From positions 183,954,001-184,018,000 of the forward strand of contig OZ024740.1 in NCBI GenBank assembly GCA_964016885.1: a stretch of DNA of 64,000 bases, in the 5' to 3' direction. Positions within the stretch are counted from its first letter, which is position 1. Every line of letters starts with the position of its first letter. This DNA is from Eledone cirrhosa. Its lineage: Eukaryota. Positions 62,420-64,000 of the stretch are shown here, in pieces. The translations under genes and the position numbers were made by a program. Below the pieces are notes generated by a model that worked only from the letters and a program-made list of their open reading frames with translations, was not told the origin of the DNA and did no database searches.

Positions 62420-64000
62420 GTGAGTGATTTCTTTTCCTCTTCTGATAACTTTTCAGCACCAACATGGCTAATATAAGAATTGGATCTGTGAATGTACGCG
62501 GCCTGGGGATGCCCTGGAAACAGGGCAAACTCTTAAACGACCTCAGGTCGCACAGCATGGATGTAGTTGCCATTTGCAAGTCCAGGATCCACAGCGAGCG
62601 ACAACGGGACCACATCTTCGACGACTTTGAGATCTAACCATCTCTCTGTCAGCCGGGAGGTGGAGGTGGGGTTGCCGTTTTGCTGCGGAAACACCTGGAC
62701 CTCGTAACACAGACGGTACATCTGGACTCGGAGGGTCGACTGGTAGTCCTAGACGTTGACGGTAATGAAGGTGGAGCATTCAGGCTGGTGGCCGCATATG
62801 CCCCATCCGGGACACCGCGGCCAGACTTCTTCAAACGTCTAGAGACTTTTCTGTGAATGTCCCGCTCCCTGCTGTTAGTGGGGGACTGGAATGGAATCCT
62901 AGATGCACGTTAGGACTATGCCGATAGAGGAGGGTGTAACAGCCTCAAACAGTTAATCGGCCGATTTGACCTGGCCGATAGATATCGACTAGATTTTCCA
63001 ACTGTGTCACTGTGGACGTGGACTAATCTCACGGAACATCTAGATCGTAACTAGATAGGGTTCTAGTTAGAAAGAAGGATAGGGACCTGTTTAGCTGTCC
63101 ACAAATGTTCATGGTTGCCTATTCAGATAACAAATTAGTGACCTGCTTAGTCAACCTTGACAAAACCCATAGACAGGGACCCAGCTACTGGAAGCTGAAC
63201 TTGTCGTTACTGACATGCAAAGCCTTCAGTAGACGGATTAGCACTTTAGTTAAGCACCACTTGACGGGGGCTATTGACAACAACATATGGTGGTACTCTC
63301 TCAAGAGGGCAGTTAGATTAGACTCGATAGGTTTTAGTAAAGAATTAGTGTGTTAGATAGAAATAAGACCGAAAAGGAACTGGTAGATAAAGTAGAAGAG
63401 GCACTTGGGAGTGGCAACATAGCCAGAGTGCTAGCGACGAGAACGGCCTTGGATCAGTTCTTCGACGCAAAGCATGAAGGTTACGTTGTCAGAAGAAGAA
63501 TACGTGCTCTGGGAAACGAGGGAGCCAAAGTTGTTAGCTGGGCCCGAGTGACGGAGGCGAAAAGTGGCAACAAGTCCACGATTCGGTCTTTGAAGGACCA
63601 AGACGGACGCGTGACACGTGATCCGAAGCAAATGTGCGCGGCCTTTCAGCGGCACTTTGCTCAACTGTTCGGTCAGGGCGGCGCGCCGGGAGGGGATATG
63701 GATTTCGATTCATACCTCGACGGCCTACCGCGACTCTCGGACAGCGAGGCGAAGTTCTGCGAAAGGTCGATTTCGGCCGCTGAGATAGGCGACGCGCTGA
63801 GCCAATGCGGCAAACGCAAATCTCCAGGTATCGACGGTCTACCCTACGAAGTTTACGTAGCAATCCCGGACTTGTTCTCCCGTCTCCTGGAAGCGGTCTG
63901 CTGCAACTGGCAGCAGAACGGGAGTATTCCCAGTTCTGTGACCAAGGGCGTAATTAGGTTAGTCAGGATGGACGATAAGAAGGGGGATGACATAGGCAAC
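62420..64000 (+). mobile_element. Tx1-type LINE copy G: inter-ORF spacer plus ORF2 (APE into RT), runs off the window
   Basis: ATG at 62464 gives MANIRIGSVNVRGLG; GGGVAVL, VGDWN, YSD, SYWKLN and KSPGIDGLPYE follow; stops and frameshifts present. Confidence 0.9.

Overview
Eukaryotic, AT-rich, microsatellite-laden intergenic or intronic DNA with no recognisable host gene. The SINE families and (TA)n/(TAA)n load suggest an octopus-like cephalopod (inference). Nearly all interpretable sequence is retroelement-derived. (1) A ~25 kb nest (~20.0-45.4 kb) of L1/Tx1-type LINEs (minus strand) and Dong/R4-type RLE LINEs (plus strand), stacked into (TAA)n microsatellites with opposite polarity. (2) Penelope-like elements (PLEs) in (TA)n tracts, including a near-intact Hydra-like copy with 1.1 kb pseudo-LTRs, plus about ten intact or decayed hammerhead ribozyme (HHR) motifs. 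(3) tRNA-derived SINEs, MITEs, a Helitron-like element and an RTE fragment. Best leads: a non-coding 466-nt HHR-containing unit integrated as a 1.45-mer (retrozyme/circular-RNA-like); a splice donor overlapping the ORF1 stop of the Tx1 LINEs with a matching acceptor in their 3' UTR, so ORF2 could be excised as an intron; and fold-back palindromes centred on HHR sequences. All calls were made by eye; no alignments or database searches were run.
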